From an uncultured Candidatus Rokubacteria bacterium (GTDB taxonomy: Bacteria; Methylomirabilota; Methylomirabilia; Rokubacteriales; CSP1-6): a stretch of DNA of 64,000 bases. The position numbers were made by a program, and so were the translations under genes. Within the stretch, counting starts at the first letter, position 1. Each line of letters starts with the position of its first letter. Below are positions 19,908 through 29,134 of this stretch, one piece after another. The notes below the pieces were generated by a model. It saw nothing but the letters and a program-made list of their open reading frames with translations. It searched no databases and was not told where the DNA came from. Location: contig CAVWFS010000019.1 in NCBI GenBank assembly GCA_963754315.1, positions 672,001 through 736,000 on the forward strand, written 5' to 3'.

Positions 19908-20699
19908 ATGTCCCAGACGCCCTACCAGGCTATTCGTTTCGAGGAGGCCGACGGCGTCGCCACCGTCACCCTCGATCGTCCAGATGTTCACAACGCCATG
20001 AACGATCGGATGCGGCGCGAGCTGACGCAGTGCTTCTCGGATCTAGCGGGCCGCGACGATGTACATGTGATCGTGGTCACCGGCGCCGGTGAGCGAGCCT
20101 TTTCGGCCGGGGCCGACATTCGCGAGTTCGTGGAGCCGCTCGTCCCTGTGCGATTCCGCGAGGAGCGCCGGCGCCTCGATTTTCGGCAAGCCCTGGACCG
20201 CTGCCCGCAGCCCATCATTGCGGCCATTCGCGGGTACGCGTTCGGGGGCGGACTGGAGCTGGCCTTGGCCTGCGATATCCGCATCGCCGGCGAGGACGCG
20301 CAGCTCGGCCTCACCGAAGTGAATCTCGCTATCATTCCGGGCGGCGGCGGCACCCAGCGCCTCCCCCGTCTCGTGGGCCGGGGCAAAGCGCTGGAGATGA
20401 TCCTCACCGGCGCCCGCCTGCCCGCCGCCGAGGCGCTGCGCATCGGTCTCGTGGAGCGCGTCGTCCCGGCGACCGAGGTGCTCCGGGCAGCGCTGGATCT
20501 GGCCCGCACCCTCGCCACCAAGGCCCCGGTCGCCCTGCGTTACGCCAAGGAGGCGGTCGTCAAGGGGTTAGAGTTGCCCCTGGCCGACGGCCTTCGCCTG
20601 GAGGGGGACTTGTCCACGCTCTTGCGCACGACCGAGGATCGCGTGGAGGGAGCGCGTGCCTTCCTGGAGAAGCGCTCCCCACGCTGGACAGGCCGATGA
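19908..20699 (+). CDS. Enoyl-CoA hydratase/isomerase
   Basis: AFSAGADI, GGGLELALACDIR, EVNLAIIPGGGGTQRLPR. Confidence 0.95.
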   Translation: MSQTPYQAIRFEEADGVATVTLDRPDVHNAMNDRMRRELTQCFSDLAGRDDVHVIVVTGAGERAFSAGADIREFVEPLVPVRFREERRRLDFRQALDRCPQPIIAAIRGYAFGGGLELALACDIRIAGEDAQLGLTEVNLAIIPGGGGTQRLPRLVGRGKALEMILTGARLPAAEALRIGLVERVVPATEVLRAALDLARTLATKAPVALRYAKEAVVKGLELPLADGLRLEGDLSTLLRTTEDRVEGARAFLEKRSPRWTGR

Positions 20700-20706
20700 T
20701 GGTGTC

Positions 20707-21702
20707 ATGCCGTTCGCGTACTACGCGCGGCTGACCCGTTCTCAGCAAGCCGTCTACCGGCGTAGCGATGGCATTGCCGAGATCGTCCTCGAGCGGGCAG
20801 GAGACCTGCAACCCTTCGTGGCTTCCCTGGAGCAGGCGCTGGCCTCGGAAGAGCGGTTGGCCACGCAGGCGGCGGCAGCCCGCCTGACCCGCGGCCTCAC
20901 GGATGCGCTCGCCATTCCTCCCCTTCGGCTCGAGGTGCTCGCGGCGCGCCCCCACGCCAACTGGGGCGAGTTGCACGGTCTTTATACGGCCGAGCGTGGC
21001 CGGGTTCCCAAGATCCAGGTCTGGATGCGCACGGCGAAGCACAAGCGCGTGGTGGCGTTTCGGACGTTCCTGCGCACCTTGCTGCACGAGGTTGGTCATC
21101 ACATCGACTACACGCTGCTACGGCTGCCGGACTCCTACCATACGGAAGGCTTCTATAAGCGGGAATCGAGCCTCTTCTATCAGCTCGTCCCCCGAAAGGA
21201 CACTGCCATGCCGACCATGGAAGAGTACGCGAAGCAACCGATCGCCGACCGCCTCGCTCGGCTCGAGCGCACTCCGGACGAGCTGGAGGCGGCCATCAAG
21301 GGCAAGACCGCCGCGGTTCTCGCGCGACGCCCAGACACAAAGAACTGGGCGGCCAAAGAGGTCGTGTGCCATCTGCGCGACACCGAGGAGCTCTTCAAGC
21401 AACGCTTCGACACCATCCTGGTCATGGCGGATCCGAAACTCCTTGGACTCGACCCCGACCGGTGGGCAGAGGAGCGCCAGTACCTCCGCAACGATACCAA
21501 GCTGGCCGCGGCCGCCTTCCGGGCGCGGCGGCGCGACTCGCTGGCGTTGTTGCACACACTGGTCCCCGCCGGCGGCTTGCAACGCGGCGGAGTCCACATG
21601 ACGCGGGGACGCATCACCATCGACGACTTCGTGACCCTGATGGCCTGGCACGACGACAACCACCTCGACCAACTCCGGCGCGCCCTGGAGGGACGTGCCT
21701 GA
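20707..21702 (+). CDS. Fusion of HExxH zincin-like domain and DinB/YfiT-like domain
   Basis: RTLLHEVGHH..Y...SYH in the N-half. WAAKEVVCHLRDTE and AWHDDNHLDQ in the C-half. Confidence 0.8.
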   Translation: MPFAYYARLTRSQQAVYRRSDGIAEIVLERAGDLQPFVASLEQALASEERLATQAAAARLTRGLTDALAIPPLRLEVLAARPHANWGELHGLYTAERGRVPKIQVWMRTAKHKRVVAFRTFLRTLLHEVGHHIDYTLLRLPDSYHTEGFYKRESSLFYQLVPRKDTAMPTMEEYAKQPIADRLARLERTPDELEAAIKGKTAAVLARRPDTKNWAAKEVVCHLRDTEELFKQRFDTILVMADPKLLGLDPDRWAEERQYLRNDTKLAAAAFRARRRDSLALLHTLVPAGGLQRGGVHMTRGRITIDDFVTLMAWHDDNHLDQLRRALEGRA

Positions 21703-21728
21703 ATCTTCGCCGTCGGGAGGAGAGTGCC

Positions 21729-22667
21729 ATGAAATTCGGGATTCATATCGGACACATGGGAGGTCCGCTCGCCGAGATGCGAAAGCTGTGGAAGTTCGCC
21801 GACGCGAAGGGCTTCGACTGGTTCTCCGTTTCCGACCACTTCCAGGAGTCGCCGCCCCGCGGCGGAGAGATGGATTGTTACGAAGCCATCGCCACCCTGA
21901 CGGCGGCGGCCATGGACACCACACGCATCCGTCTCGGGAGCGGCGTGTACTGCGTCGTGTACCGCACCCCCGCCCTGCTCGCCAAATCGCTCACCACCAT
22001 CGACCATCTGTCCAACGGACGGGTCGACTGCGGCCTGGGGGCTGGGTGGCACGAGATCGAGGCCAAGGCTTATGGTTACCCGTTTCCGTCCATCGGCCCG
22101 CGCGAGGACATGCTCGAGGAGTATGCTCAAATCATGCGCCTGCTACTCGACCCCGAGCAGCGCCGGGCGAACTTCGAGGGGAAGCATTTTTGCGTTACCA
22201 ACGCTCCCAACTATCCCAAGCCACTGCAGCCCCGAATCCCCATCTGGATCGGCGGGCGGGGCGAGAAGCGTACCCTGCGCGCGGCCGCCAAGTACGCCGA
22301 CGGCTGGAACGGCGCCTACATGGGTCCCGACGACTGGATGCACAAGAATCAGGTGCTCGACCAGTGGTGTGAAAAGGAGAAGCGCGACCCCAAGACCATC
22401 ATGCGCAGCGTGAACCTCGGCTTCTATCTGGGCGCCGATGTCAAAGGCGCCGCCCGTGCTGACGAGATCTTCCGCAGCCACTGGGGCGGCAGTGCCGAGC
22501 GCGCCGAGCGCACGGGGTACCTGCGGGGGACGATCAGGGATGCGCGGGCGATGGTGGACCAGTTCCGCACACTCGGTTGCACCCGGCTCAACATCGCCTT
22601 TCGTGAAGGCCCATACGACTGGGACGCGCTGGACGCTTTCGCGGCCGAGATCGTGCGGGCGGGCTGA
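21729..22667 (+). CDS. LLM-class (luciferase-like) flavin/F420-dependent oxidoreductase
   Basis: SDHF, TTRIRLG, LAK..TTIDHLSNGR, GAGW, PKPLQ.RIPIWIGG, ADGWN. GGGAGG RBS. Confidence 0.92.
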   Translation: MKFGIHIGHMGGPLAEMRKLWKFADAKGFDWFSVSDHFQESPPRGGEMDCYEAIATLTAAAMDTTRIRLGSGVYCVVYRTPALLAKSLTTIDHLSNGRVDCGLGAGWHEIEAKAYGYPFPSIGPREDMLEEYAQIMRLLLDPEQRRANFEGKHFCVTNAPNYPKPLQPRIPIWIGGRGEKRTLRAAAKYADGWNGAYMGPDDWMHKNQVLDQWCEKEKRDPKTIMRSVNLGFYLGADVKGAARADEIFRSHWGGSAERAERTGYLRGTIRDARAMVDQFRTLGCTRLNIAFREGPYDWDALDAFAAEIVRAG

Positions 22668-22741
22668 ACGACGACCTAGCACGTATAATTGGGGTCACAC
22701 AAATCGATCACGTCCCGCGCTGGCGGGGACAAGGAGAACCT

Positions 22742-23176
22742 ATGCTGAACCCAGGAGACAAGGCGCCCGACTTCGTCGGTCGCGATCACAGCGGCAACAC
22801 CGTGAAACTCTCGGACTTCAAGGGTAAGCCGGTCGTGCTGTGGTTCTTCCCCAAGGCTGATACCCCTGGTTGAACGGCGGAAGGTTGCGGGTTCCGCGAC
22901 CTAAAGGCCGACTACGATAGCAAGGGCGCGGTGATCCTCGGCGTGTCTTTTGACACTCCGGCCGAGAACAAGAAATTCGCCGAGAAGTACACCTTTAACT
23001 TCCCGCTGATCTGTGACACCGACCGGACGATCGGCACCGCCTATGGCGCCAATGTCGACCCGCAGAAGGGCGCTCAGCGCGTGGGCGTGGTTATCGACCG
23101 GGACGGCAAGATCAAGGAGTGGCACGCACGGGTCGACGCACGGGCGTGGCCGGCCGAGGTGGTGAGAACGCTGTAG
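22742..23176 (+). CDS. bcp: Selenocysteine-containing BCP/PrxQ peroxiredoxin (144 aa, Sec44)
   Basis: AAGGAG RBS and ATG 22742. MLNPGDKAPDF...VVLWFFPKADTPG-[TGA 22871]-TAEGCGFRD...ILGVSFD...FNFPLICD is continuous in frame. The TGA occupies the peroxidatic Cys position. Confidence 0.9.
22883..22901 (+). promoter_or_regulatory. Bacterial SECIS element
   Basis: GGTTGCGG-GTT-CCGCGACC hairpin (8 bp including one G-U, G-initiated loop), 9 nt after the TGA. Confidence 0.8.
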
Positions 23177-23305
23177 CGAGACCGCCCGGCGCGGCCGGGC
23201 AGGCGCCGCCCGTCCCGCGGTGTATCCAAGTCGACGCATTGACGGAGCGGACGGCCTCCCTGATCGTTGAGGCGCGGCCACACCGGCCGCGGGGGTTTCT
23301 CGACG

Positions 23306-23689
23306 ATGGGAGCATCTGGCAGCCCGAGGTGCCCGCGCTTCGAGATGCGGTGCAGCTCAACTATCTTCTCAGCCGAGGAGATCGCACGGCTCCACACGCG
23401 AGGCGCCTTCTATCACACATTGATGGTCGGTCAGCGCCAGCCCACGACCCCGGCCCAGCAGCGCTTCGTCGCTGTCTGTCGCGGATCTGCCAGCCCTACC
23501 ACTCCGGATGAGCACGTCTGGCTGAAATATTGCCGGCGTGTCGCGTGGGAGGCGGACCCGGGCAATCGCGCGGCGATGGGGGCGAAGCGCATGGCCGCCG
23601 ACGCGAGCTGGGGCGGAAGCCGTGTAGCCTATCGGGAGATGAAGCGCCAGGAGATGGCGGACTCCTTTCGACGCCACCGGGGTCAGTAG
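23306..23689 (+). CDS. DUF413/MaoP(YifE)-like protein
   Basis: FSAEEIARLHTRG...L..G...PTTPAQQRFVAVCRG...PTTPDEHVWLKY matches the YifE pattern as I recall it. Start uncertain. Confidence 0.7.
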   Translation: MGASGSPRCPRFEMRCSSTIFSAEEIARLHTRGAFYHTLMVGQRQPTTPAQQRFVAVCRGSASPTTPDEHVWLKYCRRVAWEADPGNRAAMGAKRMAADASWGGSRVAYREMKRQEMADSFRRHRGQ

Positions 23690-23865
23690 AGCACCGTCAC
23701 GCTTCACCCCGCGCTTGACAAGCTCCCGCTGGTGCATGCAGAGTGCTCGGCACCTTCAAGGACTATCCGTCCCATCGGGAGGCCGGCATGCCCCTGGATC
23801 GGGTGTCAGGATCGTTCAACAGCAGGCCCTGCCCTCACCCTCGCGGTACCGCAAGGAGGCGCACT

Positions 23866-25140
23866 ATGCGACCGGGATCCCGTATTCGCGCCAGAATCCT
23901 CGTGAGCATCCTCGGCGGCCTGATCCTCACCGCGGCGGCGGCCGATGCTCAGCCGAAGCCGATCAGGATCGGTGAGATCAACTCCTACAGTGGGGTCGCC
24001 ACCGTGTACACCTTTCCCTACAAGGAAGGCCTGGCCTTGGCCACCAAGGAAATCAACGAGGCCGGCGGCGTCCTCGGTCGCCCTCTCGAGTTCATCCATC
24101 GTGACGATAAGCTCAAGCCCGACGAGGCCGTAAAGGCGGCCCGCGAACTGGTGCTACAGGACAAGGTGGATTTCCTGGCGGGCTGCATTAGCAGCGGAGT
24201 GGGGCTCGCCATCTCCGCCTACGCCAAGGATGCCAAGGTCCTCTACTTCGCCACCCACTGCCAGACCTCACGGTTGACCTGGGACGACGGCCATCCTTAC
24301 GTCGCCCACACCACCAACAACGTCAACCAGTACGTGCGGGTCGCCGCCAGGAAGGCGTCGACCTTGCCCGTCAAGAAGTGGGCGAACATTTCCCCCGACT
24401 ACGAGTACGGCCACAACATGTGGGAGGAGTTCTCCACGTACCTGAAGAAGCTCAAGCCCGATGTGCAGTTCGTCCACCAGAGCTGGCCGAAGCTCGGCGA
24501 GAGCGATCACAGCTCCTACATCACCGCTCTGCTCCAGTCCGGGGCCGAGGGACTCTTCACGTCGCTCTGGGGCGCCCAGTCGATCGCCTTCGTGAAGCAG
24601 GCGCGCCCGTTTGGACTCTTCGAGAAGATGCGGTACGTGGCCCCGTCCGTGGGTAATCCGGACGAGCTGGACCCGCTCGGCAAGGAGGCCCCGGTGGGGG
24701 CCATCGCCACTCCATTCGCGTGGTACGATCCCGGGCTCCAGAAGCTCCACCCTAAGCTCGAGCCGTGGACCAAGAAGTGGATCGAGTGGGCGAAGGTTCG
24801 AGGGTTGAAGGACACCCAGCCCAAGCTCGGCGCGTCCTGGGGGTACGCCAGCGCCTACATCATCGCAGAGGCCATCAAGCGGGCGAAGAGCACCGACACC
24901 GACAAAGTCATCGCCGTGCTGAGCGAGGGATTCGAGATGGAGTTCCCGTGGGGCAAGGTGATCATGCGCGGCTGCGACCAGCAAGCGCTGCCTCCGCAGT
25001 GGATCGGCATCGTCAAGCTTGACGCCCAAGGCAAGCCCATCGCCACCGAGGTGGAGGAAACGCACGGCAAGGACGTTGTGCGCAGCTGCGAGGAGGTCAA
25101 GGAGCTGCGAGCGGCCGCCGCCGCCAAGCAGAAGAAGTAG
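23866..25140 (+). CDS. Branched-chain amino acid-type ABC substrate-binding protein
   Basis: AAGGAGG RBS, signal peptide, IRIGEINSYSG, EINEAGGVLGRPLE, PDYEYG. Confidence 0.92.
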   Translation: MRPGSRIRARILVSILGGLILTAAAADAQPKPIRIGEINSYSGVATVYTFPYKEGLALATKEINEAGGVLGRPLEFIHRDDKLKPDEAVKAARELVLQDKVDFLAGCISSGVGLAISAYAKDAKVLYFATHCQTSRLTWDDGHPYVAHTTNNVNQYVRVAARKASTLPVKKWANISPDYEYGHNMWEEFSTYLKKLKPDVQFVHQSWPKLGESDHSSYITALLQSGAEGLFTSLWGAQSIAFVKQARPFGLFEKMRYVAPSVGNPDELDPLGKEAPVGAIATPFAWYDPGLQKLHPKLEPWTKKWIEWAKVRGLKDTQPKLGASWGYASAYIIAEAIKRAKSTDTDKVIAVLSEGFEMEFPWGKVIMRGCDQQALPPQWIGIVKLDAQGKPIATEVEETHGKDVVRSCEEVKELRAAAAAKQKK

Positions 25141-25143
25141 CGC

Positions 25144-26058
25144 GTGGATCTCGTCACCACCATCTTCCCCTGGATCACCAATGGCCCGCTCATCGCCGTC
25201 CAGGTGATGAGCGGGCTCTCGGTGGCGATGTTCCTCTTTCTCGTCTCGGTCGGGATGTCACTCATCTTCGGCGTCACGCGGATCGTGAACCTCGCCCACG
25301 GCGCTTTCTACATGGTCGGCGCCTACCTGATGGTGACCTTGGTGGAGGTGCTGCCCGACCACGCGCTGAGCTTCTGGGTCGCCCTGCTGGTGGCGCCGCT
25401 CGGCGTGGCCGCACTCGGCGGTCTCGTCGAGATCGGGCTCCTGCGACGCATCTACCACAGAGACCCCCTGATGCAGCTCATCCTCACCTTCGGCCTCATC
25501 CTCGTCATCGGGACCCTCGTCCTCCTCGTGTGGGGTCCCGACAACAAGAGCGTGGCGCGGCCGGAGGCGCTCGCCGGCTCGGTTCGGATCTTCGGCCAAC
25601 CGTTTCCCTCGTATTACCTGCTTGTGCTCGCCCTGGCCCCCGTGGTGGCGACCGGCCTCTGGCTGATCTTCTATCGCACGCGCTGGGGCACGCTGATCCG
25701 CGCCGCCACGGTCGATCGCGAGATGCTGGGAGCTCTCGGGGTCAATGTGGCCGCGCTCTACACCCAGGTCTTCGTCTTCGGGAGCTGGCTGGCCGGCGTC
25801 GGTGGCGCCCTCTCGGCGCCGACAGTAGCCGTCGCGCTGGGGATGGATGGGGACGTGCTCACAACGGCCTTCGTCGTCGTGGTGATCGGCGGGTTGGGGA
25901 GCTTCGCCGGGAGCTTCATCAGCGCCCTGCTCGTGGGCCAGCTCCAGTCGTTCGGTATTCTGATCTTTCCCGCCGTCTCCATCGTGCTCTTGTTCGCGAT
26001 CATGGCCGTGGTGCTGATCGTGCGGCCGTGGGGACTGCTCGGGCATCCGGAGGAATAG
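25144..26058 (+). CDS. LivH-like ABC permease
   Basis: GMSLIFGVTRIVNLAHG, TRWG..IRA, VVIGGLGS, RPWGLLG. Confidence 0.92.
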   Translation: MDLVTTIFPWITNGPLIAVQVMSGLSVAMFLFLVSVGMSLIFGVTRIVNLAHGAFYMVGAYLMVTLVEVLPDHALSFWVALLVAPLGVAALGGLVEIGLLRRIYHRDPLMQLILTFGLILVIGTLVLLVWGPDNKSVARPEALAGSVRIFGQPFPSYYLLVLALAPVVATGLWLIFYRTRWGTLIRAATVDREMLGALGVNVAALYTQVFVFGSWLAGVGGALSAPTVAVALGMDGDVLTTAFVVVVIGGLGSFAGSFISALLVGQLQSFGILIFPAVSIVLLFAIMAVVLIVRPWGLLGHPEE

Positions 26059-26064
26059 GGGCCC

Positions 26065-26991
26065 ATGAACGTCGCGCGCTGGGTGGGGGCCCTCGCCGCG
26101 ATGATCATCCTGCCCCTCGTGCTTCCCAGCTTCGTGGTGGTGGTGCTCACGGAGATCGCCATCGTGGCTCTCTTTGCCACCGCCTTCAATCTCCTGATGG
26201 GGTACGGAGGCATGGTGTCATTCGGGCACGCCGCCTACTTCGCCCTTGGCGCCTACGCGGCCGCCCTCCTCGTCAAGCGCGGCGAGTTGCCCATGCTGCT
26301 GGGGCTCGCGGCCGCTCCCGTGGTGGCGGCCGCTGGCGCGTTGGTCTTCGGCTTCTTCATCGTCCGGCTGACCCACACGTACTTCGCCATGCTGTCGCTG
26401 GCCTTCGCCCAGATCGTCTTCACGGTGGTCTTCAAGTGGACGGCCCTCACCGGCGGTGATAATGGCATTCTCAACGTCTGGCCCCCGCCCTGGCTGAAAT
26501 CGCCGCGCGCGTACTGCTACTTCACGCTGGCCGTCGTGGGTGGGGCCATCGTCGCCATTCATGCCATCGTGAACTCACCCTTTGGCTACGCCCTCAAGGC
26601 CATCCGGGACAACCCGCGACGCGCTCGCTTCATCGGCGTGAACGTGCGGCGTCACCAGCTCATCGCCTTCGTCCTGTCCGGGGCCTTCTCTGGGCTGGCG
26701 GGCGGCCTCTTCGCGTTCTTCAACGGCAGCGTATTTCCCGACTTCGCGTTCCTGAACAAGTCCTTCGAGCCCTTGGTGGTTGCGCTCCTGGGCGGGGTCC
26801 AGTCGTTTTTTGGTCCCCTGGCCGGAGCCTTCGGCTTCAAGATCCTCGAGACCTTGATCGCCCGCCAGTGGCCGGTGTACTGGCCCCTGTTTTTGGGCAG
26901 TGTGGTGATCCTCGTTATCATCCTCCTCCCCCAGGGATTCGTGGGGCTGGTCGAGAGGCGCCGGTGGCGGAGCCGAGCGACCGCCCGCTAG
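26065..26991 (+). CDS. LivM-like ABC permease
   Basis: GYGGMVSFGHAAYF, TGGDNG, SPFG..LKAIRDN, LPQG. Confidence 0.92.
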   Translation: MNVARWVGALAAMIILPLVLPSFVVVVLTEIAIVALFATAFNLLMGYGGMVSFGHAAYFALGAYAAALLVKRGELPMLLGLAAAPVVAAAGALVFGFFIVRLTHTYFAMLSLAFAQIVFTVVFKWTALTGGDNGILNVWPPPWLKSPRAYCYFTLAVVGGAIVAIHAIVNSPFGYALKAIRDNPRRARFIGVNVRRHQLIAFVLSGAFSGLAGGLFAFFNGSVFPDFAFLNKSFEPLVVALLGGVQSFFGPLAGAFGFKILETLIARQWPVYWPLFLGSVVILVIILLPQGFVGLVERRRWRSRATAR

Positions 26992-27740
26992 CGCTGCAGA
27001 CGGTGGGTCTCAGGAAGCACTTCGGCGGCGTACAAGCCGTCAACGGGGTCGACCTCGCTGTTCCCACCGGGGACCTCCGAGCCATCATCGGCCCCAACGG
27101 AGCCGGCAAGACCACGCTGTTCAACCTCATCACCGGTGACATCGCTCACGACTCAGGCCGGATCTACGTGCGGGGTGAGGAAGTGACCGGGCTCGCTCCT
27201 CAGGATCTTTGCCGGCGCGGCCTCGGCCGCACGTTTCAGGTCACGAGCATCTTCCGCCGTCTCACGGCGCTCGAGAACGTACAGACCGCCCTCCTCAGCC
27301 ACCATCGGCGGCACTACGACATCGTCCGCTCCGCTCGGCGGCTTTACCGCGATCCAGCGATGACCCTCCTGGAGCGCGTAGGACTGGCGGGCGAGGCGGC
27401 CAAACCAAGCGGCATTCTCGCTCATGGTGATCAGAGGCGGCTCGAGCTGGCCATCGCCCTCGCCAGCGAGCCACACGTCCTGATGCTCGACGAGCCCACG
27501 GCGGGCATGGCGTCTACGGAACGCCACGAGATCATGGCCCTCGTGGCCGCCATCGCCGACCAGGCCGCGCTCACCGTGATCTTCACGGAGCACGACATGG
27601 ACGTGGTCTTCGCCGTTGCCCGACGGATCACCGTGCTTCATCAGGGCGCGGTGATCGCCGAGGGTCCACCGCTCGAGGTACGTGCGAATCGAGAAGTCCA
27701 GCGGGTCTACCTCGGGCAACAGGTTCCCGGGCGCCGCTAA
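26964..27740 (+). CDS. LivG-like ABC ATPase
   Basis: GPNGAGKTT, RTFQ, LDEPTAG, EHDM. GTG 26964 with GAGAGG. Confidence 0.92.
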   Translation: MAEPSDRPLALQTVGLRKHFGGVQAVNGVDLAVPTGDLRAIIGPNGAGKTTLFNLITGDIAHDSGRIYVRGEEVTGLAPQDLCRRGLGRTFQVTSIFRRLTALENVQTALLSHHRRHYDIVRSARRLYRDPAMTLLERVGLAGEAAKPSGILAHGDQRRLELAIALASEPHVLMLDEPTAGMASTERHEIMALVAAIADQAALTVIFTEHDMDVVFAVARRITVLHQGAVIAEGPPLEVRANREVQRVYLGQQVPGRR

Positions 27741-28443
27741 TGGCCCTGCTCGAGCTCTGCGGTGTCGAGACCTACTATGGCGACAGCCATATCCTCTTCG
27801 ATCTCTCGCTCGAGGTCGCGGAGGGCGAGGTCGTGTGTCTGCTCGGGCGAAATGGAGCAGGCAAGAGCACGACTCTCAAAACCATCACGGGGCTCGTTCC
27901 CCCGCGCGCGGGACGCATCACCCTGCGCGGCCGGGAACTGACCGCACTCCCGCCGTTCCGCATCGCGCGCCTGGGAATCGGCTACGTGCCTGAAGAGCGG
28001 CGCATCTTCGGCAACCTCACGGTCCGCGAGAACCTCGAAGTCGCTCGCAAGACCTGGTCGGCCGACGCCACCTGGACAGCCGATCGTGTGTTCGAGCTGT
28101 TTCCACATCTGCGAGGCCTTGCCGACCGTCAGGCGGGGCGGCTCAGCGGGGGGAGCAGCAGATGCTCACCATTGCCCGAACCTTGATGGGAAGTCCACAC
28201 GTGCTGCTTCTCGACGAGCCATCCGAGGGGCTGGCACCCCTCGTCGTCCAAATGCTGGGCGAGCAGCTCGGAGATCTCAAGCGGACAGGGCTGACGATGG
28301 TCCTCGCCGAGCAGAACGTCCACTTCGTGAGCGAGCTCGGTGATCGTGTTTACGTGCTCGAGAAAGGGATGGTCCGCTACCAGGGAACCATGGCCGACTT
28401 TCTCGCCAACGACGCCGTCCGCCGCGCGCACCTCGCCATCTAA
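27740..28443 (+). CDS. LivF-like ABC ATPase; -1 frameshift in G run near 28150
   Basis: GRNGAGKST, YVPEERRIF, LSGG|EQQML, LDEPSEGLAP, EQN. One G missing in the homopolymer. Confidence 0.88.
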
Positions 28444-28522
28444 GCCTTCAAGCAACCGCCCGCCTGAGCAGCAGGTCGCGACGCGGTCAGGCCTGCCTGT
28501 AGCCACCTACCATCATCTCGGA

Positions 28523-28537
28523 TGGCACCACTCTTGC
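28523..28537 (+). promoter_or_regulatory. sigma54 (-24/-12) promoter
   Basis: TGGCAC-CACTC-TTGC with exact GG-N10-GC spacing, upstream of ATG 28580. Confidence 0.7.
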
Positions 28538-28579
28538 CGCATTCGTGGCTAGCTCCGAATGGAAGGGGGTGGATTCGCA

Positions 28580-29083
28580 ATGGTCCGACCCGTTCTATTT
28601 CAACGCGTTGCCCTGGCAGTAGCGTGTGGCGTACTGGCCCTGGCTGGAGTGATCGGGCTCGGCCAAGCGGCTGGTCCCGATCCCTGGGATGCCGCCGTCC
28701 GCGAGGTAGACACCGCTCTCACCCGAGGGGATGTCCGCGCAGCGCGTGAGGCCTGGAATCACGCCTACGCTGTGGCATTTGCGAGCGGCGAGTGGGAGGG
28801 GTTGGCGGCGGTCGGAGACGTCTCAGCCCGGATGGCCGAGGCCAGCGGAGACGCCGGGGATCTCGCGCGTACGCGGCAGGCATATCACGAGGCCTTCCTG
28901 CGCGCCCGGAGCGAGGGGTCGGTGGACGGTGTGCTTCGCGTGTCCGACGCCTACGCTCGCCTTGGTGATCACGAGACCGCGCGCCGGCATCGCGACGTGG
29001 CAGTACGCCTGGCCGTACGGCACACGTCACCGGGGGTTTTTGCCCGAATTTGGGCCCGGCTCACCGGGCAATACGTCCGCTAG
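28580..29083 (+). CDS. Hypothetical exported alpha-helical (TPR-like) protein
   Basis: Hydrophobic signal/anchor, then Ala-rich helical pairs. GGAAGGGGG RBS-like stretch. Confidence 0.7.
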   Translation: MVRPVLFQRVALAVACGVLALAGVIGLGQAAGPDPWDAAVREVDTALTRGDVRAAREAWNHAYAVAFASGEWEGLAAVGDVSARMAEASGDAGDLARTRQAYHEAFLRARSEGSVDGVLRVSDAYARLGDHETARRHRDVAVRLAVRHTSPGVFARIWARLTGQYVR

Positions 29084-29089
29084 GTCAGC

Positions 29090-29118
29090 GTGCGCACCCC
29101 TTCGTGGGGGGCGCGCAC
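29090..29118. terminator. GC-rich hairpin between convergent genes
   Basis: gtgcgcacccc-ttcgt-ggggggcgcgcac imperfect inverted repeat. Confidence 0.5.
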
Positions 29119-29134
29119 CTTAACGAAAATACGT

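Noticed and set aside
23715..23860. Riboswitch in the leader of the liv-like operon
   Set aside because: TTGACA is present and a promoter is plausible, but I recognised no known aptamer consensus.
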